A stretch of 53,281 nucleotides of DNA, counting the filler, from Streblomastix strix (taxonomy: Eukaryota): the NCBI GenBank assembly GCA_008636045.1. It is 2 parts of 2 records of this genome, joined end to end, with 100 filler letters (N's around TTAATTAATTAA, not from the genome) between each part and the next. Parts side by side here need not be neighbours in the genome. Positions count along the whole stretch, not along the records: positions 1 to 26,600 come from SNRW01000161.1; 1 more part is not named here. One strand, given 5' to 3'. Shown here piece after piece: positions 13,999 through 26,324 of the stretch. The translations under genes and the position numbers were made by a program. Under the pieces are notes generated by a model, which worked only from the letters and a program-made list of their open reading frames with translations, had not been told where the DNA came from and made no database searches. Every line of letters starts with the position of its first letter. Position 1 is the stretch's first letter.

Positions 13999-16900
13999 AT
14001 GGCATGTAATTATACTAGATAATAAGTGAATGAAATTGCTGGATTATTTGGGTGTAATTATTCAAGAATTAATTTATAAGCTGGTTAATTCTTAATATAA
14101 GTCTTGTTTTAAGAGTATTGCGTTGAAGAATCATATAATTACTCCCCTTAATTGATTTAGAAAATTATTGATGCAATATAATTAAAGCTTCAATAAGAAT
14201 AATAAAGAAAGTAAAAATTACTTGACGATTTTTATCAATGGGCTAATGAAGTAACTTCATAAGAGATAGAGTAATTCATAAAACCATCAAATGAAAAGGA
14301 AAAGGAAAAAGAAAAGGAAGTTCCAAAATAAATAACTTAGGAAAAAGAAAAAGAGGTTCCTTAGAAAAAAATATAAGAAAAAACTGAAATATAATTAAGA
14401 ATAGAAGAACATAATAGAGAAATTGAGGATTTACCTGCTGAATTTTTTGAAAAATTTACCAAACATGGCATAAGTTAGATGGAAAAAGATTTGCCAAAAG
14501 AATATGATAATCTGTAAGTTGCTGTTAAATAACCAATTGCAAAATAAAAAGTAAAAATAAAATAGTAGCGGTAAAAATAAAATCTAAGATTTGAATTAAA
14601 TATCCAGTTTATAGATCTAGTCTTTCACCATAATTTGTTAAAGAATCATTGAAAAGACTTGGTAAATAATCTGAAGAACTCTCAAATTATGCAGCATTAG
14701 AATTATGGTTGTTATAATTATAAACATTAAATTAATATTATTCTAAACTATCAACTGAAGCTCGAATTATTGGATTTTTAGATTATTCTATTCCGGATTA
14801 ACATTATGAACCAGATCTGAGTTTCTATTAACCATTATCATCAGAAGAAATATCAGATATTCATGATAGAATTGATAATCCACAAAGCAATAGTGAAATT
14901 AAAATATAAAAGGAATAACTTAATGATAAATATAAAAAAATTTACTAAGAATTTAATGATATTCCTGAAGAATAATTACAAACTTTTAAGATGGCTGATA
15001 AAGAAATAATTGCAGAAATATATCATTTTAATGATAAATAACTAAAATAAATAAAAATCGAAAGCTTAATTGACGAATAAGATAAATCACTTTTATTAAC
15101 TGAGCCAGTTAATTTATTGCAATTTTTATAATATTTGAGATCTGCAAGAAGATAACAACAACAGCAATTAAAAGAAATTAAAGGGAAAACTGATTAAGAT
15201 GGAAATGAACCAACACATACATATATAAACAATTAAATAACTTCATTGGAAGATATTCAAAAATTTATTAAAGAAGTTTTTGAAAAAGAAGAAGAAAATC
15301 ATTTTAAAATTGCTGTTGATTTCGACCATATAGAAGAATATTAAGATGTGACTCCTGAATGAGAATAAATATTAGAATATAATTCAAAATTTCCAAGGAA
15401 AAATTTAACTCTGTTGAATATTAAATCGCTTATTACAAGTTAAGAAGATATTGACACTTACGATAAATATATAGGAACAATAATTATCAATAATTAGGAA
15501 CAAACTGAAGAATTTATAAAACATCATTTTATTGCAGTATTCTCAATGATTGTTATAGCATATCGTATTCTATTTGCAGGTAAAGCTATTCCTGAGTTAT
15601 AGAAATTTATTAAACGACGTGAAGTTCATTGTGTTGAATCTCCAAATCCAATTAATTATTTCATTGAAGCATTATCATATTTATCAATGCCTGATTCGGA
15701 AACTAATCGTTACAGATCTTAAAATAGAGTTGCTGAAGGAATTAGATTTATAATTTAACATTACAGTTTATCTGGCAATTCTGCTAAGTGTAGAGATGTT
15801 TAAAATTTTCTTAATGATTTTAAAAGATTTGATTTACCAGCTGATGGTGAGAAAATTGCAAAAAGAATGAATATAAATATCTGTGTCTATGCTTATAAGG
15901 AAGATGAATAATGTAACTCTTTCTACTTAGATCATGTAATAAAAGCATTGAATTATATCTTAGACGAAAATGAAACTCAAGTATAAGAGCAAGATCCATA
16001 AAATTTTAATATACTACTTCTTCAATTTAAAAATCAAGCTCATATATTATTTGTTTCTGATCCAGAAACATTAACAGGTTAAAGATATTGTCCAATATGT
16101 AAGATTCATGGTATTATAATAAAAGATAAAAATTGTCATTCAGCAAGAGATTTTGAAAGGCATGTTGATAAATATAAGTTAAATAATGGCAAGCAAGTTC
16201 TTCTATCATCATCTCAAATACCATTTGCTCCACACATTTTTGGAAATTAAACATATATTCATCTATTAGTTAATGAAATGCTCGATAAATTTAAACCAAC
16301 TTAATATTATATTACGTATGATTTTGAGACTGTTGAGCGAAATATTAATAAATACTTTGGTAAAAATAGAGATGAAAAAGATGAAACTGGTTAAAAATTG
16401 AGTAATTCATTTTAAAATTCCATATTTGAACCATTATCAGTTGCAACTACAATTTAATATAAATCTGGAATTAGAACAATCTATTACGATCTTCATTAAG
16501 GACCAAGTTTCATTGAATAATGGTTAGAAGAAGTATTTAAAGCTGCTGAATAAATTAAGTATGATAATATGTATAATGATGATCCTGAAGTTCCATATGA
16601 AATTCCTGTTCCAGTTATTGGTTTAAATTCTTCTCATTTTGATATGATATTTGTATTACCATATCTTATAAATAAAGATTGGCACATAGTTTAAGGTGGA
16701 TATCTTGGTGATTTCTCTCATATTAAGCGCGTAGAAGTTATGCATAAAATAAGTAATGTTAAGATATAATTCTTAGATATTGGTATGTTCATGACTAAAA
16801 TGTCATTAAAAGAAGTTGCTGAATCATTTGGTGCAGGAAATAAATAAGATTTGAAAGGAATATTTACTTACAATGCATTCAAATACGATAATTATAATGA

Positions 16901-19208
16901 AATATTATCAAAATCTGAACCATTTGCATAAACTGATTTCCTAAACTTACTCAAAGAATAAACCTTATCTGATAAAGAGTACAAAATTTATCTCGATGAC
17001 TGCAAAAAATTTAAAACAAGATAGGAATATCTGTAGTATTAGAATGAATAAGATACAAAAATAATGATAAAACCTATTGATAAACTAATTTAAATGAATT
17101 TCAATAATGGCATTGATATGTTTAACTATGTTTCAGTGGCAAGTTGTGCAAATGCTATCAAATATAAGATTGCTTGTGATGATTTCTATTTAAATGCTCG
17201 TTATGAAAACAAATCAGATATTTTTCTTATTAATTATTAGACATTCAATTTAACTGAATAATACTGGGGAATTAAAGTAAAAAATTATAAAAAATATGAT
17301 ATTAAAGCTGGAAGAGATATCAAAAATAACGTGAATTTATCTGATTATGAGTACTTCAAATAATTACTTGAAAATGGATCTTGTTGGTTCTGTTAAGCAA
17401 GATTTACTAAAACTAATCTTCCAACTCTTGATAAAATTAATAATAAACTTGAACATTCGAAAGATAACGTTAGATTAGCATGCTTATATTGTAATATAGC
17501 TAGAGCTAATAGAGTTGATAAAATATCTCGATTAAAGATATAACTTAAAAGATATTATTTAGCAAAATAATTTCCAATGCCAATTACTAATGAGGAAACA
17601 TATCATGAATTAAGAAATGGAATTAATGGTGGATTCGCTTATGCTTTTCATAGATATAATATTTCAGGAATTACACATATTAATAAACTAAAGCTAGAAG
17701 ACTCAACGTTTGACGACGAAGGTAGGCATGGTAAGGTAATCAGTTATGATTTAGAACATATTATGACTCACATTATAGGATTTGATTTCAATTCTTTTTA
17801 TCCATTTGTCTACAGTGAACATTAACATGAATTAATTAGAAATACAGGTCATTAGATATATACCCCTAGGTATGAATTACTTAGAATTAATTGTGTAACT
17901 GAAAAAAAAGAATTGGGATTAAATATTATAGATAACCAATTAAGATTCTCTTTATAAAAATCTGATATTGATAAAGTAACAATGTTCGTAGCATCTGTTA
18001 AAGGTCATATCAATGAAGAATATCTTAAGGATTTTATTAATTGTCCTCCAATAATTTGGAAGTACAAATATAAATGCTTGGAATTCGTGATTGGTAAACT
18101 GATGTATGAGCATTAATTGAAAAATAATTTTCTAAAAGATAGAAATGAATGCAAATTAACAGTTTTATTATCAAAAATGGGTGAATATATGGATTTTTAT
18201 TCATAATGCTTATGGTTTTTTATTGATGATTGTCATTTCATAATTGATGATATCAAAAATATTAAGACATTCTTAAAACATATAGGATTTGCACCATTTG
18301 TTAAGCATTTCAGTAAATAAAGTCTCTCAGCAAAATTATCAAAAAATGCTGGATTAGATTAATACAGCAAAATAATTATGAATTCATCTTATCGTTCTGA
18401 TGGTATGAATTAAGAATATTTTACGGATGTTAAGATATGTTATAGAGATGATACATTTAGAGTTCATTTATATGACAAATTTAAATTTGATCGTAAGTTA
18501 GGCGATAATAACTATGCTGTAGAATATGAAAAATAGAAATTTTGTTGTAAGACTAGCTTATAAGTTGCATTTGCTGTATTAGATTGTTCCAAATATTGGT
18601 TTATGAGCATTTATAACAATTTCCTTTGCAAATGTATTGATTAATAACGTTTTAATGTTGTTTACTGTGATACTGATTCAATGATGTGTGCTGTTTCAGA
18701 TGATTCGAATTAAGATTATCGATAAGGATTCTCTGCAATAATTATTGATTAAAAATTTTATGATGAAAACTTCTATAAATTTTTTCCAGATCCTAATAAA
18801 GATATCTATAATGAAAAGAAATTACTTGGAGTTGCATATGAACATTGTGGTTCAAGTATGATTGCATTAGCACCAAAGAATTATTGGTTAGATTAGCCGT
18901 TTGATAAGAAAGAACCTGAAGTAATTATATTGAAAGGATTAAATTTAAAACTCAATCCACAAATTAATAAAGAAACATATATATAAAATTTCAAAGAAGG
19001 AACTGTCGTATAAGGTAAAAATAAATCTTTAAGAAAATATATAGAACATACTGATAATAATGAAATACTTAGTTGAATGAGTAGAATTGAAACATTTAAG
19101 AATGGTATTACTGGAACTCATACTAAAATGATATGCTTAGCAAATGGTTGTTGTTGTCCATTTATATAAAATCTTACAGCTGAAAATTATAGTATTGAAA
19201 ATCTATGA
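13999..19208 (+). pseudogene. polB: Protein-primed family B DNA polymerase (Polinton-type) with long N-terminal region, Zn finger and internal HNH; disrupted
   Basis: ExoI YITYDFET (~16310), ExoII GLNSSHFD (~16620), GINGG, motif A GFDFNSFYP (~17780), motif B KIIMNSSYRSDG (~18370), motif C YCDTDS (18663). Frameshift near 14560-14590; in-frame TGA at 14592, 15360 and 19074. Confidence 0.9.
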
Positions 19209-19253
19209 ACTATAGAAATAATCCTTTAATTTTATTTTTGATTTAATTCAAAC

Positions 19254-20672
19254 ATGTTTGACAACTGCGATGATTTTGGTGTTCCACGTAAAGGTGGTTA
19301 TTACTTAAGAAAATCATAAAAAAGAACCGAATAAGAAATTCTATAAGAATTTTTAAGTAGATATTCTGATAATTCTGATGAAAATCGAAGATAAAATGAA
19401 GTTGATAAATTAAAATTTATTGAAGATATGGCAGATCTAATGAACCTAGGAATTAAAGAGATACTTGATAAAAATAAATCATTAAATTTTGAATATTTCT
19501 TAGAAAAATTAAATTTACATGAATAGTATGAAGAATTACCAGTTATGAATAAATTTACAAATTTTATTAAAATTGGAGGTAAATCATTAACTAATTGGTA
19601 TAATGAATATATTGATATATTAGTTGCTAGGGGATAAAGAAGAAAACATATTAGAGAAGATATGAATGAAGGTAGAAGATAATTGAGATAAATTGTGGAA
19701 TTTCAATTCAAATCAAAGCAAAAATTAATTGAAAGAGCAAATCAAATTAAATTGCGACCATAAAATGATATCGATGAAAGAATAAATGTTCCTGATTATC
19801 ATATCAAATAATTACGGAAGAAATTTGGAAGATCTAACTTATCACAATACACTGATTCTTTTGAAATTGATTTAGTATTCTCGATGAATCCACTAATAAA
19901 ACACGTTAGTTAAATTTATTTATTCTGCATTAATATCTATACCAAATATCTTGTTGTATATCCTATTCGTGAAAAAACAGCAGAAGAAATTCACAATGCA
20001 TTAATGATTATAACAATTAATTTCAAAGTAAATTATATCAGAGGTGATGGAGAAAGAGGATTCACAGCAGCTAAGTTAATATAATTTTATAAGAATAATT
20101 AAAATTCTTTAATACACAGTTTCTTCATTGATAATGCAGCTGCTCCATTTACAAATCATAATAGAGTAGTAGATTCAGTGATAAGAACTATAAGAAATGC
20201 ATTCGGATTAAATGAAAGAGCATTTTTAAACAATAATTTAATGCAATTAATGGTTGAAATTTATAATAAAACTCCTCACAGCGTATTTAATAACTACTTT
20301 ACTGCAGATTAAGTGAAATAAAATGAAGATCTTGAAGAAATATTCATCAGAAAACATAATAAATAGTTACATGAATAAAAGAAAGTATAAGTACTTGAAG
20401 GATTACATAACTTTTAGCCTTTAAATATTTTAATGATTTATGTTGATTATTCTCGTACAGAACATTCATTTGCAAAATAAAGAAGAAATTTCAATGAATT
20501 GGCTGAATTTGTTAGTTATGATCATGGAAATGTTTGTTGTAAACCATTAAAGCTAATTAAAAAATTATATAGGATTGAAATTCCAATATATTACTGCAAA
20601 TATGTATGCAAAAATATTGAAGAATTATTTTCATCCAAATTTAAATATTATCGATAAGTATTCTTTATTTGA
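19254..20672 (+). CDS. Retroviral-like (rve / c-integrase) integrase, 472 aa, open frame
   Basis: FEIDLVF...YLFCINIYTKYLVVYPIREKTAEEI...IRGDGERGF...HNRVVDSVIRTIRN...YNKTPHS, the rve core pattern; ATG 19254 to TGA 20670. Confidence 0.85.
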
Positions 20673-20741
20673 TTAATTTTCTATCAATAATTTTTTTATT
20701 TATTTTTAATTTATTAATTTTTATTTATTATCAAATTACGT

Positions 20742-21086
20742 ATGCAAAAAGAAGAAATTTAAGAATTAATTATTTAAACTTTGGATGATTTATAGGCGAT
20801 ATCAATTAAAAAAGATAAAGATAAAGATAATGTCAAAGTTGATTCTCGAGGAAGAAAACATAAATATTAATCTGAAGAAGAAGCAAGAGAAAATCAAAAA
20901 TAATAGAGCAAAATAAGTGCTGCAAAGGCATCATTAAATATAAATATCTTAACATTGGACACAGATAAAGCAAATTTATTGAGAGATTCTTATAAATTAT
21001 GTCTGTAAAAAGTTAGAAAATATCATCAAAACTGGATTTAGGAGAGATTTCATCAAGAATTTTGCGTGCTGTATCATCTGGATTGA
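20742..21086 (+). CDS. Small basic protein (114 aa), possibly DNA-binding
   Basis: Open frame containing DSRGRKHKYQSEEEARENQKQQSK, an RGR motif followed by a charged helix. Confidence 0.55.
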
Positions 21087-21153
21087 TGTCAGTTTTATCT
21101 AAGGTTTGAACTAACAGTAATCAATTTATTTTTATTGAAAACACCGAATTAAA

Positions 21154-22479
21154 ATGTCTGACGGGGACTTACATATGTTAGATGTTGTCTTGAAACATGA
21201 TAAAACATTGTTTGGTTCAAATCGTACAAATACTATTGGAATTGTGGAATAAATCACAAACATCAATAATTAAATCAATAATATATCTTATGGGCCTGCT
21301 GGTGATACTTATTCAAGACCTTAGATTGATGAATTATTTGATGGCGAAGCTGACAAAACTGATCTTGATGAATATTACACTAAATCTGAATTTTATACTA
21401 AGGTTGAAGTCTATAATAATACAAAAGTTGATGAATTTCTTGATGAAAAAGCTAATGTAGGTACTTCATATTCAAAATCAGAAGATGATGCATTATTATT
21501 ATTGAAAGTAGATAAAACTGATTTTGATGAATATTATACAGCTGGATAGGTTGATGAAATGCTTGATGAAAAAGTTGACAAAACGTAATTGATTGATTCA
21601 TATTCAAAATCTGATGATGATGCATTATTATTATTGAAAGCTGACAAAACTGAGTTAATTGATTCATATTCTAAATCAGAGGATGATGCATTATTGTTGT
21701 TGAAGGCTGATAAAACATAATTGATAGATTCTTACTCTAAATCTGAAGATGATGCACTATTATTAGCAAAAGCTGGCAAAAACAGACTTTGAAAACTTTG
21801 TAGATCTGTACACAGCATAAACTATAACAGGATAAAAATAATTTGGAATAATTAGTGTATCTAGCATATCAAAACTTATTAAAAATGATGCATCAATATA
21901 TTACTTGCAAGTGGTGGTGATATATTAGTAATCTCTTTGGTTACATAACAATAATTATAAAAAGTCAGAGATATTGCATCAGAAAGATCAAAAGGTCATG
22001 TATTCGATAAATTATATGATATGAATGATTGGATGGCAGTTCCTGATAATGTTGCAACTTTGGTTATTGGAGATAATTTATATATAATTGATTCATCAGT
22101 TATGGATTATTGGTGGGATGGAACTTAACTTAGAGAATTAGAAACTTAACTTCCAGATTTAACTAATGTTGTCACAACACTTGGTGAAGCTACTGGAAGT
22201 GGAAATGCAATAACTGATCTAAATATAACTGGAAATATATTGACTCCAGCCAAAAATAAAAATTTCGTTGATTTAGAATACAATCAAACAATAAAATGTA
22301 TGTTTCTGCAAGTATGTCAACAATATATGTTAATATTACCATTTCAGTATGAGCTAATAAACTGGAATTAACAATATATGGCTGGAGGATTGCGCCATAA
22401 GGTTGATATCACTGATCCAATGAAAACGATAATTAAATATTATTTTTGTTTGATTCCAAATAATGACAGTATTTATTGA
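21154..22479 (+). pseudogene. Tail-fibre-like structural protein with 22-aa repeats; frameshifts near 21780 and 21900
   Basis: Repeats DSYSKSEDDALLLLKADKTQLI, then FVDLYTAQTITGQKQF, LLASGGD, GDNLYIIDSSVMDYWWDG, GSGNAITDL and FVDLEYNQTI. These motifs recall phage fibre shafts. Confidence 0.6.
21466..21780 (+). repeat. 66-bp coding tandem repeat (3 adjacent copies plus 1 upstream copy)
   Basis: GATTC starts at 21595, 21661 and 21727 (period 66); a related copy starts at 21466. Confidence 0.85.
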
Positions 22480-24093
22480 CGAAAAATTACTTGAAACTGC
22501 TGGATTAACTGATTTTCCAGAGTTATATGCTTATTTTAAAGAACTGGAACCAAAATCAAGTGAAGAATAACCATAATCTGTACCAATAGTTGAATAAACA
22601 TTATAAGATTAAGTTAAATAGAATGCTGCAATAATTAATGATGAAGAAAATGAATTTGTACTTCTACCAATTGAAAATATATAACCAAAAGTTGATTTAT
22701 AAGATGGACTTGAGAAAACAGAAGGTTGTACATGGTTGGTAAATTAATCAATGAAATAATTGAGTGTTTCAAAATAGAAAATTACTTACAATTTCTCAAT
22801 AAAAACAAAAAATATTTTCATAGATACATATTTGAAAATTGGCCTGAATATGCATAACTAAGATTGGAAGATAAGATTATTATAATAGTTGGATCAGATT
22901 CATTATAGGAGAATAATATATTCGGATATATTGATTAAAATGATCTTTATATTTCATTAGATGGAGATGAAGATATATAATCTGATATTACAATTATTTT
23001 ATCAGGTATTTATTATACAAAATATACACCAATTAAACAAGCACCATATGATAGCAGCAATGATAATAAATTGGACATTTAAGATTCATGGAATGAAATT
23101 GCTAAAGGAGGAGAATATAAGACATAAACTTGAGTATATGATACTGTAAAGCGTTAATCAAATATACTTGAATAAATATCATTAGGACCTGAATCTGCAA
23201 AATATAATTGACTAAGTAATTATTTATTAATTGATCCAGTTTCAATATATAGTTTTGATAGAGCAATGTTTTATTTGGTTGATGGACCACAGATAACATT
23301 TAATTTTAAATCTAATGTTAGTGATAATGCATTAAATTACTGTAAAGTTTTTCAAAAGTTCAATACTAGATTGCTGACATAAAAAACTAAATATTTTACT
23401 GCACATCTTTGTTAATAAGAATTTTATGCTCATATGGATGTGAAACCTAACGGATATGCCGATATATTTAATTAAAATAAGATGGAAGTGAAATTTAATG
23501 GATAGCCTGGTAATAGGGATGTAGAATTTGCTGGTACATATATTAATGATACTTATGTAAATCCTGATTCAACAGATTTTGAAGCAGCTAATAAAGCTTC
23601 GTCAAGAATAGATGAAGTGATAGCATAACAAGATAGTAAAGTAAAAATAGCACCATTATTTACTGATTACGCAATAACTGATTTCATAAATTAAGTATAA
23701 TTTGCTGATGATTTTAGAAACGGATAGATTGAAATAATTAATGAGGGTTATGTACCACCAACAATAATTAAAGACTGTACATTGTATCGAGTAAATGATA
23801 GAGTGAACAATTTAATTGTATTCAATTTTTATATTGAATAGTTTAATAATAATAACATAAGTCCAAATTTAATGCTTTATTGGTTACCTGATGAAATTGT
23901 TCCATTAACTAATAAATATTTCCCTTCATCATGCTATATAACTGTTCCAGCTTAATCATATTTTTATAAAAGATCATCAAGTTATGCAATGATAGATTCT
24001 GGTGATAAAGGGCTATATATTCATCTAAGTGATCCAGTATAGGATGTATAACGTGGTAAAGTTTATTATATTAGTGGAAGTTATTACATTTGA
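22463..24093 (+). pseudogene. Beta-rich putative virion / receptor-binding protein; frameshift near 22750-22780 and in-frame TGA near 23130
   Basis: Long TAR=Gln frame with recurring module endings ILSGIYY, FAGTYI and YISGSYYI-stop, suggesting repeated beta-sandwich units. Confidence 0.45.
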
Positions 24094-24174
24094 ACTCATT
24101 TCATTCGCAATCTAAAGAGATAAGTTTATAGTAATTTATTTTTGTTAAACCGAAACAAAAATACAACTAAAAAG

Positions 24175-24498
24175 ATAGCCATCGGAATCTTTCATAAAAT
24201 AAAATAATTAGCATCAAAAGTTGGCAAAGGATTACAATAGGTAAATGATAAAGTTGTTAAACCTGTAGTTCTTCCAGCAATGAAGTAATTTAGTGGTATA
24301 ATTCCTGTTGGAGGATTGATTAGAAAAGGAATAGAAACTGGTTCATCTGCACTTGATGCATTCTATGGATAAGGTTCATAATAAAACTTCAAAAAAAATA
24401 TAATGATTTACTAGAAGATACATACTTAAGAAATTTATCAATTGATTAACTAAGTCGATTAATAAAACTTAGAGGCAATTAATGAAACTTAAAAATGA
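24175..24498 (+). CDS. Small protein with N-terminal cationic amphipathic helix (candidate membrane-penetration protein); ATG absent, ATA at the expected start
   Basis: IAIGIFHKIKQLASKVGKGLQQVNDKVVKPVVLPAMKQFSGIIPVGGLIRKGIETGSSALDAFYG, immediately upstream of the putative MCP. Confidence 0.45.
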
Positions 24499-24556
24499 AT
24501 CTTAAGAATGACTAATGACGAAGTTAAGAGATTATTTTTTTCTTTCACAAATCAAC

Positions 24557-26269
24557 ATGATTCGTTTTCTAGCTAAAGCAATCTAAGTTCAAGGATTAAT
24601 TACAATTGAGTCATATCTTGAATCAAATGCAGTGTCTCCTTTCAAAAATGATGGAGAACATCACTATTCATTTAAGGAAATTAAACCAGAATCATAGATG
24701 TCAGCATTATTTGATAAAGAAATTATAGTAAGTTTATCTGACAGTGATCATGATATTACTCAGATATAGAATTCATTCTTATCAATTGTATTGACTGCAA
24801 ATCAATAGTTCGATAATAAGTTCGAATATTTTTATAATGCATATAAGAATGGAGTAGTTTTATTTGTAAGTTTGAAGTCAGAAAGTAATATAATTCGTGA
24901 ATATACTGTTTATCATCGAGGAAGAACTATTGATGGAAGCTTATTGAATGATGCAACAACTGAATCATTTATTTATAATACTATCAAGCCAAAGTCAGAG
25001 AAAAATAATAGAAAATATATTCATTCATTGTATGAAAATATCCATAAATTCGATACATCAGCATGTAGAATTTAAATAACAATGAGAGAAATTGAAGAAG
25101 CAACTGGAACATAAACAAATATACCATATTTGATGCCAGTTAGATTCAGAATTCCAGTTCTTTTTGATGATATACTTATATTCTCAGCATTTACAGATTA
25201 TCCTAATGGAATGTTTGCAGATCTTAAGATTAAATTCAAAATAAATTCAAATGCATTCGTATTTGCTTAAGTTAATCCAACAAAATCTTTAGTAAAATAT
25301 TATACAATGAATAAAGATGAGCTGTTGAGTTCAGAATAATAAAAATTGATAGATATTGATATCTTCTTCCGTAATTTGAGCTTAGCATTCTAATATACGA
25401 AATAATTTACATAACTTTGATGTACAGCAGATTTAATAACAAGTATCAAACCTGAAGAATTAACTTAAAGTGGCTAGAAAAATTTAATATGCGATATTAA
25501 TCCAGTAATAATTTCAATAAAAAATTACGTAATAACTGAAGTTACAGCAAATATTGCTGGATATAAAGCAAACGATACATGTTTGGCAAGAGTTAGAGAC
25601 TTCTTTACAACTAGAGCATTTGTAGTTCCTGCTTAGAGTGTTGAAATATGGCCATTCCCAACTTCTGCAACACATACAAGAATAAGAACTTCTTAAAATA
25701 TTCCATTATCTCATGTTACAGATATTGTATTATTATTCCCTAAAGATGCAAGATGTACTACATGCTTTGAAAATCTATGTTATTAAAATATGTAGTTGAC
25801 AACTTGTTGAAGAAATTTCCCAGATATACCAATGAATACTACTGATTAATAATTCTTCCATTTATAATAGAATGCTAGTACCTTAGATCAATTATTTGAA
25901 GCGAATGATGAATTTGAAGATGCATTAACTACTCCTAGAAATACTGCAACTAGAAGACCTAATCCTCATATAGATTTAACCTCATTCATGATTTCATTGT
26001 AATGCGAGAGAAATAGTAATGGAACTCTAATTTTAGATGGACTTGATGCAATGAATCAAAAAAGTTCTGTTGAATTAAGAGGTGCACAAATTTATCAAGG
26101 AATTACTGATAGTTATTATAACGTGGATACAAATGGAAAATGACCTCCTCCACCAATTCTATGTACAGTTCCTGATACATTCTGGTTACTTAGTCTTAAT
26201 CAAGGTGGTTCAGCCCATTATGATACAACACATTCATTTGATGAAGTTGTAGAAGAAATTGGAGTGTGA
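24557..26269 (+). pseudogene. Putative double jelly-roll major capsid protein (~570 codons) with three in-frame TGA stops
   Basis: Beta-strand motifs DITQIQNSFLSIVL, IIREYTVYHRGRTI and FRIPVLF...FTDYPNGMFADLKIKFKIN occur in the order expected for a DJR N-terminal roll. Size and position fit. TGA at 25418, 25808 and 26141. Confidence 0.55.
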
Positions 26270-26324
26270 TTATGAAATTAAAAAATAAATGAATTAATTA
26301 ATTATTTTTATTTTTATCTCAAAG

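Noticed and set aside
21466..21780. CRISPR-like array
   Set aside because: Contiguous in-frame 66-bp coding repeats with synonymous variation and no unique spacers. The same applies to the 69-bp array at 37670-38240.
13999..26269. TGA recoded as Trp or Sec in the viral genes
   Set aside because: TGG is used for Trp and TGA terminates the intact ORFs. Internal TGAs co-occur with frameshifts and motif substitutions (e.g. SSYR for SSYG), so decay is the simpler explanation.
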